Positions 36,176 through 45,769 of a DNA stretch of 54,961 bases are shown here, in pieces. The notes below the pieces were generated by a model. That model saw only the letters and a list, made by a program, of their open reading frames with translations, searched no databases and was not told the DNA's origin. Source of the DNA: Clostridia bacterium (GTDB taxonomy: Bacteria; Bacillota; Clostridia; Christensenellales; Aristaeellaceae). A program made the position numbers and the translations under genes. Every line of letters starts with the position of its first letter. Within the stretch, counting starts at the first letter, position 1. The stretch covers positions 1 to 54,961 of the forward strand of contig JAFRGU010000004.1 of assembly GCA_017433675.1 (NCBI GenBank), read 5' to 3'.

Positions 36176-37648
36176 ATGGGCGAGCAATTTTACCGGGGAA
36201 GAAGCATTGTCGGGCGGATCAACCGGATGGGCCGGATGCTGCTTGCGCTGCTGGTGACGCCAACGGTAATCAGTCTGATACTGATGCTGGTTTTCAGCAA
36301 CCGATACCATCAGAGCATTGCCCGGATGGAGGCGATTGCCAGTCTGAAGCCGGTCGTGGCGGACAGCATCCCGGAATCCGTGTGGAAGCTGGTGAGCGGA
36401 CGCGAGAGCCTGACAGAAACCAGGGTGTACACCCTGATTGACCAGGCGGACGGAACCATTGACCGGATCCGGGAGGAAACGAGGGAAGAGGACCAGCTTC
36501 AGCTGACCGTGGCGGCCAGAACGATGGAGACGCTGCGGCAGTATACGGATCAGATTGTGTCCAATATCCAGGAGAACGTACCGGTGGTCCAGAACCAGAA
36601 GGTGCTGGAGGAGATCCGGGATGTGGCGGCCCTGATTGAAAGCATGCTGAATAACTATATCACAGAGGAAATCGGGGCCAGCGCCGCCATGAGCGAAACG
36701 CTGAACCGAATTGTGATGCTGGCGGCAGGCGCCGAGATCCTGATGGTGGCGGTCTGCATGCTGATGAGCAATCGGACGCGGAAGCGGACGGAGAGTTTTG
36801 TCCGCAAGCCGATCCAGGAGCTGGAGAGCGTCACGGGACAGCTGGCCAGCGGAGATCTGCGGGCACGGATTCCGAAGACGGATGTGGTGGAGCTGATTAA
36901 GCTGACCGATCAGGTCAACGTAATGGCGGACAACCTGGAAACCACCATGCGGCAGAATGTACAGGATGCCCGGAATCTGAAGAAGGCGGAACTGAGAATT
37001 CTGCAGGCACAGATCAACCCCCATTTCCTCTATAATACGCTGGACGCCATCGTATGGAAAGCGGAGGCCGGAGATCAGAAGGAAGTGATTCATCTGACCA
37101 GCGCGCTGAGCGACTTTTTCCGGATCAGCCTGAGTTCCGGCGCGGACTGGATTCCCATCAGCCAGGAGAAAAAGCACATCTCAGGCTATCTGAGCATCCA
37201 GCAGACGAGATACCGGGATATCCTGAAATATGAGATCGATATTCCGGAGGAAATCGGGGGCTTCTATATCCTGAAGCTGTTGCTGCAGCCGCTGGTGGAG
37301 AACGCGCTGTACCACGGAATCAAATATAAAAGGGGCGGCGGCATCATTCGCGTGACGGGCAGCCGGGAGGGTGAAAGCCTGGTTTTTCGCGTTCAGGATA
37401 CCGGAAAGGGTATGGACGCAGCGACGCTGGCCGCACTGCAGGAGCGCATGGCGGAGGGACAGCCGACCGTGGCCAGCGGCACCGGCGGGTTCGGACTGGT
37501 GAATGTCAACCTCCGGATCCGGTTGTATTATAACCAGACAGAAGGCGTCCATATCGAAAGCGGAACAGGCGGCACCACGGTATGGTTCCGGGTGCCCTGC
37601 CGGACCAAAGAGGAGATTGAGCAGGAAGCACAGGGCGCTTCCGGCTGA
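36176..37648 (+). CDS. YesM/LytS-type sensor histidine kinase
   Basis: Two TM helices, HAMP region, LQAQINPHFLYNTL, LQPLVENALYHG, GFGLVNVNLRI. Confidence 0.93.
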   Translation: MGEQFYRGRSIVGRINRMGRMLLALLVTPTVISLILMLVFSNRYHQSIARMEAIASLKPVVADSIPESVWKLVSGRESLTETRVYTLIDQADGTIDRIREETREEDQLQLTVAARTMETLRQYTDQIVSNIQENVPVVQNQKVLEEIRDVAALIESMLNNYITEEIGASAAMSETLNRIVMLAAGAEILMVAVCMLMSNRTRKRTESFVRKPIQELESVTGQLASGDLRARIPKTDVVELIKLTDQVNVMADNLETTMRQNVQDARNLKKAELRILQAQINPHFLYNTLDAIVWKAEAGDQKEVIHLTSALSDFFRISLSSGADWIPISQEKKHISGYLSIQQTRYRDILKYEIDIPEEIGGFYILKLLLQPLVENALYHGIKYKRGGGIIRVTGSREGESLVFRVQDTGKGMDAATLAALQERMAEGQPTVASGTGGFGLVNVNLRIRLYYNQTEGVHIESGTGGTTVWFRVPCRTKEEIEQEAQGASG

Positions 37649-37715
37649 CCGGCTGTGTATGCAGCATTCGCGGGAAACCGGGAACGGAAAACAGAGACAG
37701 GGGAGAGCACAGACC

Positions 37716-38999
37716 ATGACCAAAGTATTCCTGGTGGATGATGAAATTGTGATTCGGGAGGGTATCCGATCCTCCTTTCCATGGGAAAAATCTGAATATA
37801 CCCTGGTGGGGGAGGCACCGGACGGAGAAATCGCGCTGCCCATGATCCGGGATACGAACCCGGATATTCTGATCACGGATATCCGGATGCCTTTCATGGA
37901 CGGAATGGAGCTGTGCAAGGTCGTACGGAGCCAGATGCCCTGGATCGGGATCATTATCCTCAGCGGATATGACGAGTTTGAATACGCCCGGCAGGGAATT
38001 CAGCTGGGCGTCAAGGAATACCTGCTGAAGCCCATTACCAGCGAGGACCTGCGGCACGCGCTGGACCGGGTGAGCGCGCAGCTGGCGGAAGAACGGGAGG
38101 ACCGGGAACGCAGTGAACGCCTGCGCAGAAGAGTTGAGGCGGGAAGCCTTTTCCTGCGGGAGAAGCTGCTGAGCAGCCTCTATTCGGAGGATGCCGGCGA
38201 GGCGGACGCGGAACATACCATGCGGGAGCTGGGGAACATGGGCATTGACCTGCGGGCGGGCTGCTACGCCGTGATTGACGCTGCGTTCCAGCCTGTGAAA
38301 ACCGGATATGAGGTGCTGACCGATCTGGCGGAGAGCAGCCAGGGCATCGCTTTTTCTTCTCCCTGCCGCACCGGATCACGCATCCTGATCCTGGGTGCCG
38401 ATGAAGCGGAAACCGAGGAACGGGCGTATGCCTTCGCCTCCTCCAGCGCAAGAGACCTGGAGCGCTCGGGATGCCGGCGAATCCGGATCAGCATCGGGGA
38501 AATTGTCAACAGCCCGGATGGAATCCTGAAGAGCTTCCAGACTGCCCGGCATATCCGTCATACGCTTGCGGATCAGGATGAGGAAGGAACCATTATCGTT
38601 GGCGTCCGGGAAATCGGCGAACTGCCCAGCGAAAAGAAGACCCTCTCGGTGGTCCATGAAGCAAAATTCTATCTGTCCCAGCATTTTGCGGATCCCAATC
38701 TGATGCTGCAGGACGTGGCACAGGCCGTGAGCATGAGCAACAGCCGTTTCTCGACGGTTTTTGCCCAGCAAAGCGGAAAAACCTTTACGGAATACCTGAC
38801 CGCGCTGCGGCTGAACCGGGCGAGGGAGCTGCTCCGGGGAACGGAGAAAAGGACAGCGGAAATTGCCTTTGAGGTTGGATACAACGACGCTCACTATTTC
38901 AGCTACCTGTTTAAGAAAAACCTGGGGCTGACGCCCAGCGAATACCGGCACGGGGAGGAGCCGGTGGGATGGGAATCCACGGATGATCAGACCGAATAA
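37716..38999 (+). CDS. YesN-type response regulator (receiver plus AraC HTH)
   Basis: VFLVDDE, ITDIRMPFMDG, YLLKP; C-terminal AraC domain (LQDVAQAV...EIAFEVGYNDAHYFSYLFKK..G.TPSEYR). Confidence 0.93.
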   Translation: MTKVFLVDDEIVIREGIRSSFPWEKSEYTLVGEAPDGEIALPMIRDTNPDILITDIRMPFMDGMELCKVVRSQMPWIGIIILSGYDEFEYARQGIQLGVKEYLLKPITSEDLRHALDRVSAQLAEEREDRERSERLRRRVEAGSLFLREKLLSSLYSEDAGEADAEHTMRELGNMGIDLRAGCYAVIDAAFQPVKTGYEVLTDLAESSQGIAFSSPCRTGSRILILGADEAETEERAYAFASSSARDLERSGCRRIRISIGEIVNSPDGILKSFQTARHIRHTLADQDEEGTIIVGVREIGELPSEKKTLSVVHEAKFYLSQHFADPNLMLQDVAQAVSMSNSRFSTVFAQQSGKTFTEYLTALRLNRARELLRGTEKRTAEIAFEVGYNDAHYFSYLFKKNLGLTPSEYRHGEEPVGWESTDDQTE

Positions 39000-39186
39000 A
39001 CGGACTGCCTGAACCAGAATGAACCGGCATAAAAAGATATTCTACTTTTCCTTCGAAATACACAAAAAAGTGAAGATGAAATTGAACCGAAAAAATGGGA
39101 GGCTGCATTTTCTTTTTGCGTTTTCCGGTGTATATTTCACATAAAGAAACCGGATTGGGTTTCAAAAACAAAGGAGGAGAAATTCC

Positions 39187-40158
39187 ATGAAGAAACTGAT
39201 TGCTCTTGTGCTTGCACTGGTCATGTGTCTGGCCGCTACCGCCGCTCTGGCGGATGGCATCAAGGTTGGTATTATCAACCTGGATCCCTCTGAGTCCGGA
39301 TACCGTGAAGCGAACGTGAAGGATTTGAACGAAACCTTCACCGCGGAGAATGGATATGACGCGACCTTCGTTACCGCTCCCACCGCCGACAAGCAGCTGG
39401 AAGCCGCGAAGGGCTTCATCACGGACGGCGTGAAGTATATCCTGGTATCCGCCGCTGAGACCACTGGTTGGGACGATGTGCTGCAGGAAGCCAAGGACAA
39501 CGGCATCGGCGTGTTCCTGTTTGACCGGATGATCGAGTGCGATCCTGAGCTGTACACCGCGGCGGTCGTTTCTGACATGCGCAGTGAAGGCGTGACGGCT
39601 GTGGAATGGCTGGAGAGCCTGGGCCTGGAAGAATACAACATTCTGCACATTCAGGGCCAGTTGGGCAGCGCCGCGCAGATCGGCCGCAGCGAGCCCTTGC
39701 AGGAAAAGGTTGCCGCGGATGACAAGTGGACCATGGTCCGCGAAGGCACCGGCGGAGACAGCTGGGATCCTGAAGAAGCCCGGAAGATCGCTCAGGCGGC
39801 CATCGACGCTGGCGAGAAGTTCAACATCGTATATGCCGAGAACGACGGCATGGCTGACGGCGTTGTGGCCGCTCTGGATGCCGCGGGCATCACCCATGGC
39901 GTGAACGGCGATGTGGTCATCATGGGCTTTGACTGCAACAAGTGGGCTCTGCGGAAGCTGCTGGCCGGCGAGTGGAACTACGACGGACAGTGCAGCCCCT
40001 TCCAGGCCAAGCTGATTGACGAGATGATCAAGGGCCTCGAAGAAGGCAAAGAGATCGAAGGCCTGAACGAACTGAAGCAGATCATCAACGTGGAGAAGGG
40101 CTTCGACGCGAAGACCATCACCGAAGACGATGTGAACACTTACGGCCTCGGCGAGTAA
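39187..40158 (+). CDS. Monosaccharide ABC transporter substrate-binding protein (YtfQ-like)
   Basis: AAGGAGG RBS; signal peptide ending AALA; SESGYR, FLFDR, YAENDGM, GFD, CSP; strongly biased codon usage suggests high expression. Confidence 0.85.
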   Translation: MKKLIALVLALVMCLAATAALADGIKVGIINLDPSESGYREANVKDLNETFTAENGYDATFVTAPTADKQLEAAKGFITDGVKYILVSAAETTGWDDVLQEAKDNGIGVFLFDRMIECDPELYTAAVVSDMRSEGVTAVEWLESLGLEEYNILHIQGQLGSAAQIGRSEPLQEKVAADDKWTMVREGTGGDSWDPEEARKIAQAAIDAGEKFNIVYAENDGMADGVVAALDAAGITHGVNGDVVIMGFDCNKWALRKLLAGEWNYDGQCSPFQAKLIDEMIKGLEEGKEIEGLNELKQIINVEKGFDAKTITEDDVNTYGLGE

Positions 40159-40179
40159 TTAAAACGAAGGAACCTTTCG

Positions 40180-40227
40180 GCGCGGTATGAACGAACGACC
40201 CTCGCGCGTTCATACCGCGCTTTCTTT
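40180..40227 (+). terminator. Hairpin after the SBP gene (partial terminator or mRNA stabiliser)
   Basis: GCGCGGTATGAACG (40180-40193) pairs with CGTTCATACCGCGC (40207-40220), followed by TTTCTTT. Confidence 0.65.
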
Positions 40228-40278
40228 CAGAAATCAAAGCGGCTTTTCATCCCGGAAAGCCGGGAAGGAGATCCCACC

Positions 40279-41781
40279 ATGCAAGACGTGGTATTGACCA
40301 TGCGCGGCATCTGCAAACAGTTCCCCGGCACCCGGGCGCTCAACCAGGTGGATTTTACTCTGCGAAAGGGCGAAGTGCACGCGCTGATGGGTGAAAACGG
40401 CGCTGGGAAAAGCACACTGATCAAAGTGCTGACCGGCGTATATGAGAAAGACGGCGGCACGATCCGGATCGAGGGTGTTGATGGGGAAGCACACATCCAT
40501 TCTCCTCAGGACGCACAGAGAATCGGGATCAGTACGGTATACCAGGAAATCACCCTGTGCCCGAACCTGACCGTTGCGGAAAACATGTTTATCGGCCGGA
40601 CGGACAGCGCCGTGGTTCAATGGAAGGAAATGGAGAAACGGACGACGGAGCTGCTTCGAAATCTGGGTATCCCGGCCCGGGCCCGGCAGGAGCTTTCCAG
40701 CTGCTCTCTGGCGGTGCAGCAGATGGTGGCGATTGCCCGGGCGGTGGACATGCAGTGCAAGGTGCTGATTCTGGATGAACCAACTTCCTCGCTGGATGAC
40801 AAGGAAGTAGAGATGCTGTTCATGCTGATGCGGGATTTGAAGAGCCGCGGTGTGGGGATTATTTTCGTGACTCACTTTCTGGAGCAGGTCTACGAAATCA
40901 GCGACCGGATCACCGTGCTTAGGAACGGGGAGTTGGTTGGGGAATACCGGATCGAGGAACTGCCGCAGGTAGAGCTGGTTGCCAAAATGATGGGAAAGAA
41001 CCTGGACGATCTGGGGACCTTCGAAAAAACGGAGCGGGGAACGGATACACAGGCGGAAACCGTATACGAGGTCGAACAGCTTTCCAGCTCGGAAAGCCGA
41101 CCATTCAACTTCCATATCCGGCGGGGTGAAGTCAACGGATTTACGGGGCTGCTGGGATCGGGACGCAGTGAAAGCGTCCGCGCAATCTTCGGCGCGGATC
41201 GGGTGACCAGCGGCAAAGCCCGCATGAACGGAAAGAGCGTCAAGATTACGAAGCCTTTCGAGGCGATGAAGGCCGGCATCGGCTATCTGCCGGAGGATCG
41301 GAAGCGGGACGGTATCATTGCGGATTTGTCCGTGCGGGAGAATATCATCCTGGCCCTGCAGGTCAAGAAAGGATTCTTCCATCCCATGAGTCGGAAGGAA
41401 ATGGAAGCCTTCGCGGACGAATACATCGCGGCACTGAACATCAAAACGGCCAGCAAGGAGACGCCGATCGGTTCCCTCAGCGGCGGGAACCAGCAGAAGG
41501 TGATCCTAGCCCGGTGGTTGCTCACGCATCCGGATTACCTGATCCTGGACGAGCCCACCCGGGGCATTGATGTGGGTACCAAGTTGGAAATCCAGAAACT
41601 GGTGCTGAAACTGGCGGAAGAAGAGCATATGAGCATCACCTTTATTTCCTCCGAAATTGAAGAGATGTTGCGGACCTGCAGCCGGCTAATCGTCATGCGG
41701 GATCGGAAGGTTGTGGGCGAACTGACAGGGGACGAGCTGACACAGGCCCATGTTATGAAAACTATCGCGGGAGGTGAATGA
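40279..41781 (+). CDS. Monosaccharide ABC transporter ATP-binding protein (YtfR-like, two ATPase domains)
   Basis: GENGAGKSTL, LDEPTSSLD, GLLGSGRSE, LSGGNQQKV, LDEPTRGIDVG. Confidence 0.95.
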   Translation: MQDVVLTMRGICKQFPGTRALNQVDFTLRKGEVHALMGENGAGKSTLIKVLTGVYEKDGGTIRIEGVDGEAHIHSPQDAQRIGISTVYQEITLCPNLTVAENMFIGRTDSAVVQWKEMEKRTTELLRNLGIPARARQELSSCSLAVQQMVAIARAVDMQCKVLILDEPTSSLDDKEVEMLFMLMRDLKSRGVGIIFVTHFLEQVYEISDRITVLRNGELVGEYRIEELPQVELVAKMMGKNLDDLGTFEKTERGTDTQAETVYEVEQLSSSESRPFNFHIRRGEVNGFTGLLGSGRSESVRAIFGADRVTSGKARMNGKSVKITKPFEAMKAGIGYLPEDRKRDGIIADLSVRENIILALQVKKGFFHPMSRKEMEAFADEYIAALNIKTASKETPIGSLSGGNQQKVILARWLLTHPDYLILDEPTRGIDVGTKLEIQKLVLKLAEEEHMSITFISSEIEEMLRTCSRLIVMRDRKVVGELTGDELTQAHVMKTIAGGE

Positions 41782-41782
41782 G

Positions 41783-42865
41783 ATGAGCAAGAAGCAGAAA
41801 AATGGATCCCGAACGGGATCCCCCGGCCAGCTGATGATCCCGCTGGTCGCGTTGGGTATTCTGATTCTGTTTAACCTTTTCCGCGATCCGTCCTTCTTTG
41901 CCATTGGCATCGCGGTTAATAACAGCGGCAACTCCGTGTTGAGCGGCAACCTGATCAGCATCATCGACAGCGCCAGCGCCCTCGCGATTATTTCCATGGG
42001 CATGACACTGGTTACGGCAGCCTGCGGCGGACAGGACATCTCCGTCGGCGCGGTGGGTGCCATTGCAGGCAGTTTCTTTGTGAAGGTGCTGAACAGAGGT
42101 AGCAGCATTACGATTGGTTCCGTCATTCTGGGAATCATCGTTTGCTGTCTGGGGACAATCCTGTTTATGCTGTTCAACGGGACTCTGGTTTCCGTGTTCC
42201 GGATCCAGCCCATGATCGCCACGCTGATCCTTTTCAGCTGCGGACGGTCCATTGCCTACTGGATTAACGGCAGCGCCACACCGCAGCTGATCAGCCCCAT
42301 CATCAGCGCCATGGGCATGACGATTCCGGGCATCCCGATCCCAACCCCGATTTTTGCCGTAATTCTGATGGGCGTGTTGCTGTATCTTGTGTTTAAATTC
42401 ACCAATCTGAGACTTTACACCCAGAGCGTGGGCATCAATGAAGGCGCGGCCCGACTGAATGGCGTGAATCCCGTGATGATCAAGTTGCTGAGCTTCGTGC
42501 TGCTGGGCGTGTGCGTTTCCGTGGCGGCGGTGATCGGCGTGTGCCGGCTTGGGCAGCTGAATCACAAGACACTGCTGATTGACATCGAAATGGACGCCAT
42601 TCTTGCCGTAGCTATCGGCGGAAACAATCTGGGTGGCGGAAAGTTCCGTATCATCGGCAGCGTATTGGGCGCATACATCATTCAGATGCTGACGACCACA
42701 TTGTATGCCATGAATGTCGCTCCGGTGAATGTGAAAGCTTACAAGGCAATCGTCATCATCATCATCGTTGTGGCCGGTTCTCCCGTTATCAAGGCAAAGA
42801 TTTCCTCCCTGATTACCCGTTTAAAGAGCAGAAATGAGTCTGTAGCTGAAAAGGAGGTGGCGTAA
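41783..42865 (+). CDS. Monosaccharide ABC transporter permease (YtfT-like)
   Basis: GMTLV...GGQDISVGA, IQPMIATL, EMDAILAVAIGG; GGAGGTG RBS favours ATG 41783. Confidence 0.9.
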   Translation: MSKKQKNGSRTGSPGQLMIPLVALGILILFNLFRDPSFFAIGIAVNNSGNSVLSGNLISIIDSASALAIISMGMTLVTAACGGQDISVGAVGAIAGSFFVKVLNRGSSITIGSVILGIIVCCLGTILFMLFNGTLVSVFRIQPMIATLILFSCGRSIAYWINGSATPQLISPIISAMGMTIPGIPIPTPIFAVILMGVLLYLVFKFTNLRLYTQSVGINEGAARLNGVNPVMIKLLSFVLLGVCVSVAAVIGVCRLGQLNHKTLLIDIEMDAILAVAIGGNNLGGGKFRIIGSVLGAYIIQMLTTTLYAMNVAPVNVKAYKAIVIIIIVVAGSPVIKAKISSLITRLKSRNESVAEKEVA

Positions 42866-43930
42866 ATGAAAAGAAGAGAGCCACTGACCAATACGCAGCT
42901 GCTCATGACCATTGCCATCGGCATCTTCTTCGCTATGTACCTGGCGGCTATGGTGTCCCTGAAGGGCGGGTTTCTGAGGTTTCAGCAGATTTTTGATCTG
43001 CTGAATGATAATGCGTACCTGATTATCATTGCGTGTGCCCTGACGATTGTCATGATTGGTGGAGGGATTAATATCAGTGTTGGTGGTGTGATCGGCTTAA
43101 CTGTGATGGCTTGTGCTCTGGCGCTCAACGATCTACAGAATCAGAGCGGAGCCTTGGGAACAATGGAGGCTATCGGACTGGCGCTGGGAATTGGTCTAGC
43201 CTTTGGCGTTGGGCAAGGTTTCCTGATCAGTTATCTGGAAATTCAGCCGTTTATCGTAACCTTAGCCGGTATGTTCTTGTCCCGGGGCCTGACGACAATT
43301 CTGAGCGTCAACCCGGTGAAAGTGGCCCATGAAGGGTTCCTGGTTGTGACAAAAACCAAGATTCTGCTACCACATCTGGGCTATATTGCACAAAACGGGA
43401 ATCAGATCCCTGGCAAATTGGAGGTCGGTGCGGTCATTGCTTTGGTGGTGGTGGCAGTACTGTATCTGATGCTCCGTTTTATCAGGTTGGGACGGAATAT
43501 CTATGCGATCGGTGGCAATCAGCAGAGTGCGCTGATGCTGGGGATTAACGTGAAGAGAACTCGTTTCCTGAGCTATGTAATTAGCGGGCTGCTGAGTGGA
43601 CTTGCGGGTTTTGTGTTCCTAATGCATAAGCCTGCGGGCAATGCTAGTGTAGCTATGCGAAGCGAGATGGACGCCATAGCTGCTTCTATTATTGGGGGTA
43701 CGCTACTGACTGGAGGAGTCGGCAATGTGATCGGAACTTTTTTTGGAACGATGATCCTTGCAACCATCCAGAAAATAATTGCTTTGAGTCCCCTCAACGA
43801 ATCTTGGTGGCAGGACATGGCCAGCGGAGCCATGTTAGGATTCTTTATTCTTTTACAGAGTGTTGTGCTGAGCAGTCGGGAGAACAGGCGGGCGCGGCGG
43901 AAAGACATGCTGAAACCACAAAAAGAGTAG
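42866..43930 (+). CDS. Monosaccharide ABC transporter permease (YjfF-like)
   Basis: GGINISVG, QPFIVTLAGMF, GRNIYAIGGNQQSA.MLG, EMDAIAASIIGGTLLTGG.G. Confidence 0.9.
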   Translation: MKRREPLTNTQLLMTIAIGIFFAMYLAAMVSLKGGFLRFQQIFDLLNDNAYLIIIACALTIVMIGGGINISVGGVIGLTVMACALALNDLQNQSGALGTMEAIGLALGIGLAFGVGQGFLISYLEIQPFIVTLAGMFLSRGLTTILSVNPVKVAHEGFLVVTKTKILLPHLGYIAQNGNQIPGKLEVGAVIALVVVAVLYLMLRFIRLGRNIYAIGGNQQSALMLGINVKRTRFLSYVISGLLSGLAGFVFLMHKPAGNASVAMRSEMDAIAASIIGGTLLTGGVGNVIGTFFGTMILATIQKIIALSPLNESWWQDMASGAMLGFFILLQSVVLSSRENRRARRKDMLKPQKE

Positions 43931-43959
43931 AAATCATAGTTTACACAGAAAGAATGATG

Positions 43960-43990
43960 CTCCCTGTGAAGGAAATCACAGGGAGTTTTT
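43960..43990 (+). terminator. Intrinsic terminator
   Basis: CTCCCTGTGA-AGGAAA-TCACAGGGAG-TTTTT. Confidence 0.8.
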
Positions 43991-44056
43991 AAATGTTTGG
44001 ATATGTTCTGCTAGAAGATGATTCAGAGATGCGACCATGGTGTACGTCGAAATGGA

Positions 44057-45394
44057 TCAGGTTTTGGAGTTCAGCGGGCTGTGCATATAGCGGATGAGCA
44101 GGAGGGTTGAGCAGAGGATCCAGCCTACAGGATAGGCCAGGGCAACAGCGATAAAGCCGGCACCCAGCGCTTTTGTCACAGCGAGGTAAATCTGCCGGAA
44201 AACGACGAAGGAAATCAGCATAATGACTGTGGGCATGGTTGCATCACCGATGCCGCGAAGGACTCCGGCATAAATCTGGTTGAAGCAGATCATAAGATAG
44301 AACGGGGTTACGATATGGATGAAGCGAACTCCATAGTCGATGACTTCCGCCTCCGGAGAGAAGAAGGCTGTCAGCGGCCTGGCCAGCAGGAAGACCACAG
44401 CCCCCAGCACGACTGTTGAAATCAGGCTCATAATGACCGCGGCGCGTACCCCTTCCCGGGCGCGCTGCCGCTGCCCGGCGCCCCAGTTCTGGCCGACAAA
44501 GGTCGTGGAGGACATGCTGATGCTCTGCACGGGAATCAGCGCGAGCGCATCAATTTTGCCATAGATACCGTATCCGGCCATGCAGGCAGAGCCGAAGAAA
44601 TTGATATAGGACTGAACGAACACATTGGAAAAGGACGTAATGGCAGACTGAATACTGCTGGGCAGTCCCAGACGGAGAATAATCCGCAGGGCATCCCGGT
44701 CAATGCGAATCTGACGCCAGCGGAGGCCGTAGCCGCCCGGCTCCCGGACAAGGACCACAATATTCAGCGCTGCGGAAATCACCTGGGCAATGACCGTGGC
44801 ATAAGCGACACCGGCGACTCCCATACCGAAAACCAGCACAAAAAGCAGATCCAGCACTGTATTCAGGAGTGCTGAAACGATCAGAAAGTACAAAGGCCGC
44901 CGGGAATCTCCCACTGCCCGGAGGATTCCTCCCCCGATATTATAGAAAAGGATTCCGGCAACTCCGGCGAAATAGATGGCCAGATACCGGGAGGAATCCG
45001 CCATGACATCCTCCGGTGTCTGCATGAACCGCAGCATGGGGGTGATAATAACCTGTCCAACCAGGGTGGCGATCACACTCATCAGGATCGTAAGGGCGAT
45101 GGTGGTATGGACCGCTTTCCCCAGACCGTCGTTATCGTGCGCACCGTAACGCTGGGAGATGAGAACGGACGCTCCGGTAGCCAGGCCGGCGCAGAAGCCC
45201 ACGACCGTATTAATGATGGGACCGGTAGAGCCGACAGCTGCCTGAGCCTGCTGCCCCACGAACTGACCGACGACGAGCGTATCCACCGTATTATACAGCT
45301 GCTGAAAGAGAAGGCCGATCGCCATGGGAATCGAAAAACGTATAAGATGGGGCCAGATACTGCCTTCGGTCATGTCTGTATCCCTGACAGCCAT
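44057..45394 (-). CDS. MATE family efflux transporter
   Basis: DMTEGSI, FQQLYNTVDTLVVG, ILRAVGDSRRPL, LDLLFV, GVAYATVIAQ, GQNWGAG; GGAGGTG RBS before ATG 45394. Confidence 0.92.
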   Translation of the reverse strand: MAVRDTDMTEGSIWPHLIRFSIPMAIGLLFQQLYNTVDTLVVGQFVGQQAQAAVGSTGPIINTVVGFCAGLATGASVLISQRYGAHDNDGLGKAVHTTIALTILMSVIATLVGQVIITPMLRFMQTPEDVMADSSRYLAIYFAGVAGILFYNIGGGILRAVGDSRRPLYFLIVSALLNTVLDLLFVLVFGMGVAGVAYATVIAQVISAALNIVVLVREPGGYGLRWRQIRIDRDALRIILRLGLPSSIQSAITSFSNVFVQSYINFFGSACMAGYGIYGKIDALALIPVQSISMSSTTFVGQNWGAGQRQRAREGVRAAVIMSLISTVVLGAVVFLLARPLTAFFSPEAEVIDYGVRFIHIVTPFYLMICFNQIYAGVLRGIGDATMPTVIMLISFVVFRQIYLAVTKALGAGFIAVALAYPVGWILCSTLLLIRYMHSPLNSKT

Positions 45395-45408
45395 CCAATC
45401 ACCTCCCG

Positions 45409-45660
45409 TCATGGCTGATGATAAACCAGGAGTAGCAGAGATGTCAACAGGAGAGTGACCCGGCTCCAGCAAAGGAGCGCTTCCATGATTTCCCGGCGGC
45501 TGATTTCGTTCAGGATTTCATGATGGCAGTCCAGCCAGAGTTTCAGAGCCACGTAGAGATGGCCGATCTTTTTCAGCGCTTCTGCGACGATGTGGACACC
45601 GTAACCGAAATCTCCGACGGGGTCTTCCTCTCCGCTGCTTAGAAAGGAATGAAAAGATTT
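45409..45660 (-). pseudogene. C-terminal fragment of an alpha/beta hydrolase (lysophospholipase-like)
   Basis: Minus frame reads LSSGEEDPVGDFGYGVHIVAEALKKIG...LKLWLDCHHEILNEISRREI, matching the Asp (DPVG) and His (HEILNE) motifs. An in-frame stop lies just upstream and there is no N-terminal half. Confidence 0.65.
45418..45447 (-). promoter_or_regulatory. Putative promoter for the MATE gene
   Basis: On the minus strand: TTGACA, 18 bp, TATCAT. Confidence 0.45.
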
Positions 45661-45723
45661 TCATCAGGGATTTCTCCTCACTTTTTCGTCATTATAGTCC
45701 GGGAAAATACCGAATCAAAGGAT

Positions 45724-45756
45724 GAAAAAGGGGGACGGCTCTTGCCATCCCCTCTT
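45724..45756 (-). terminator. Probable terminator of the giant gene
   Basis: GGGGACGGC-TCTT-GCCATCCCC hairpin with A5 at 45725-45729, a U-tract on the minus strand. Confidence 0.6.
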
Positions 45757-45769
45757 ACCTGGCTGTTTT

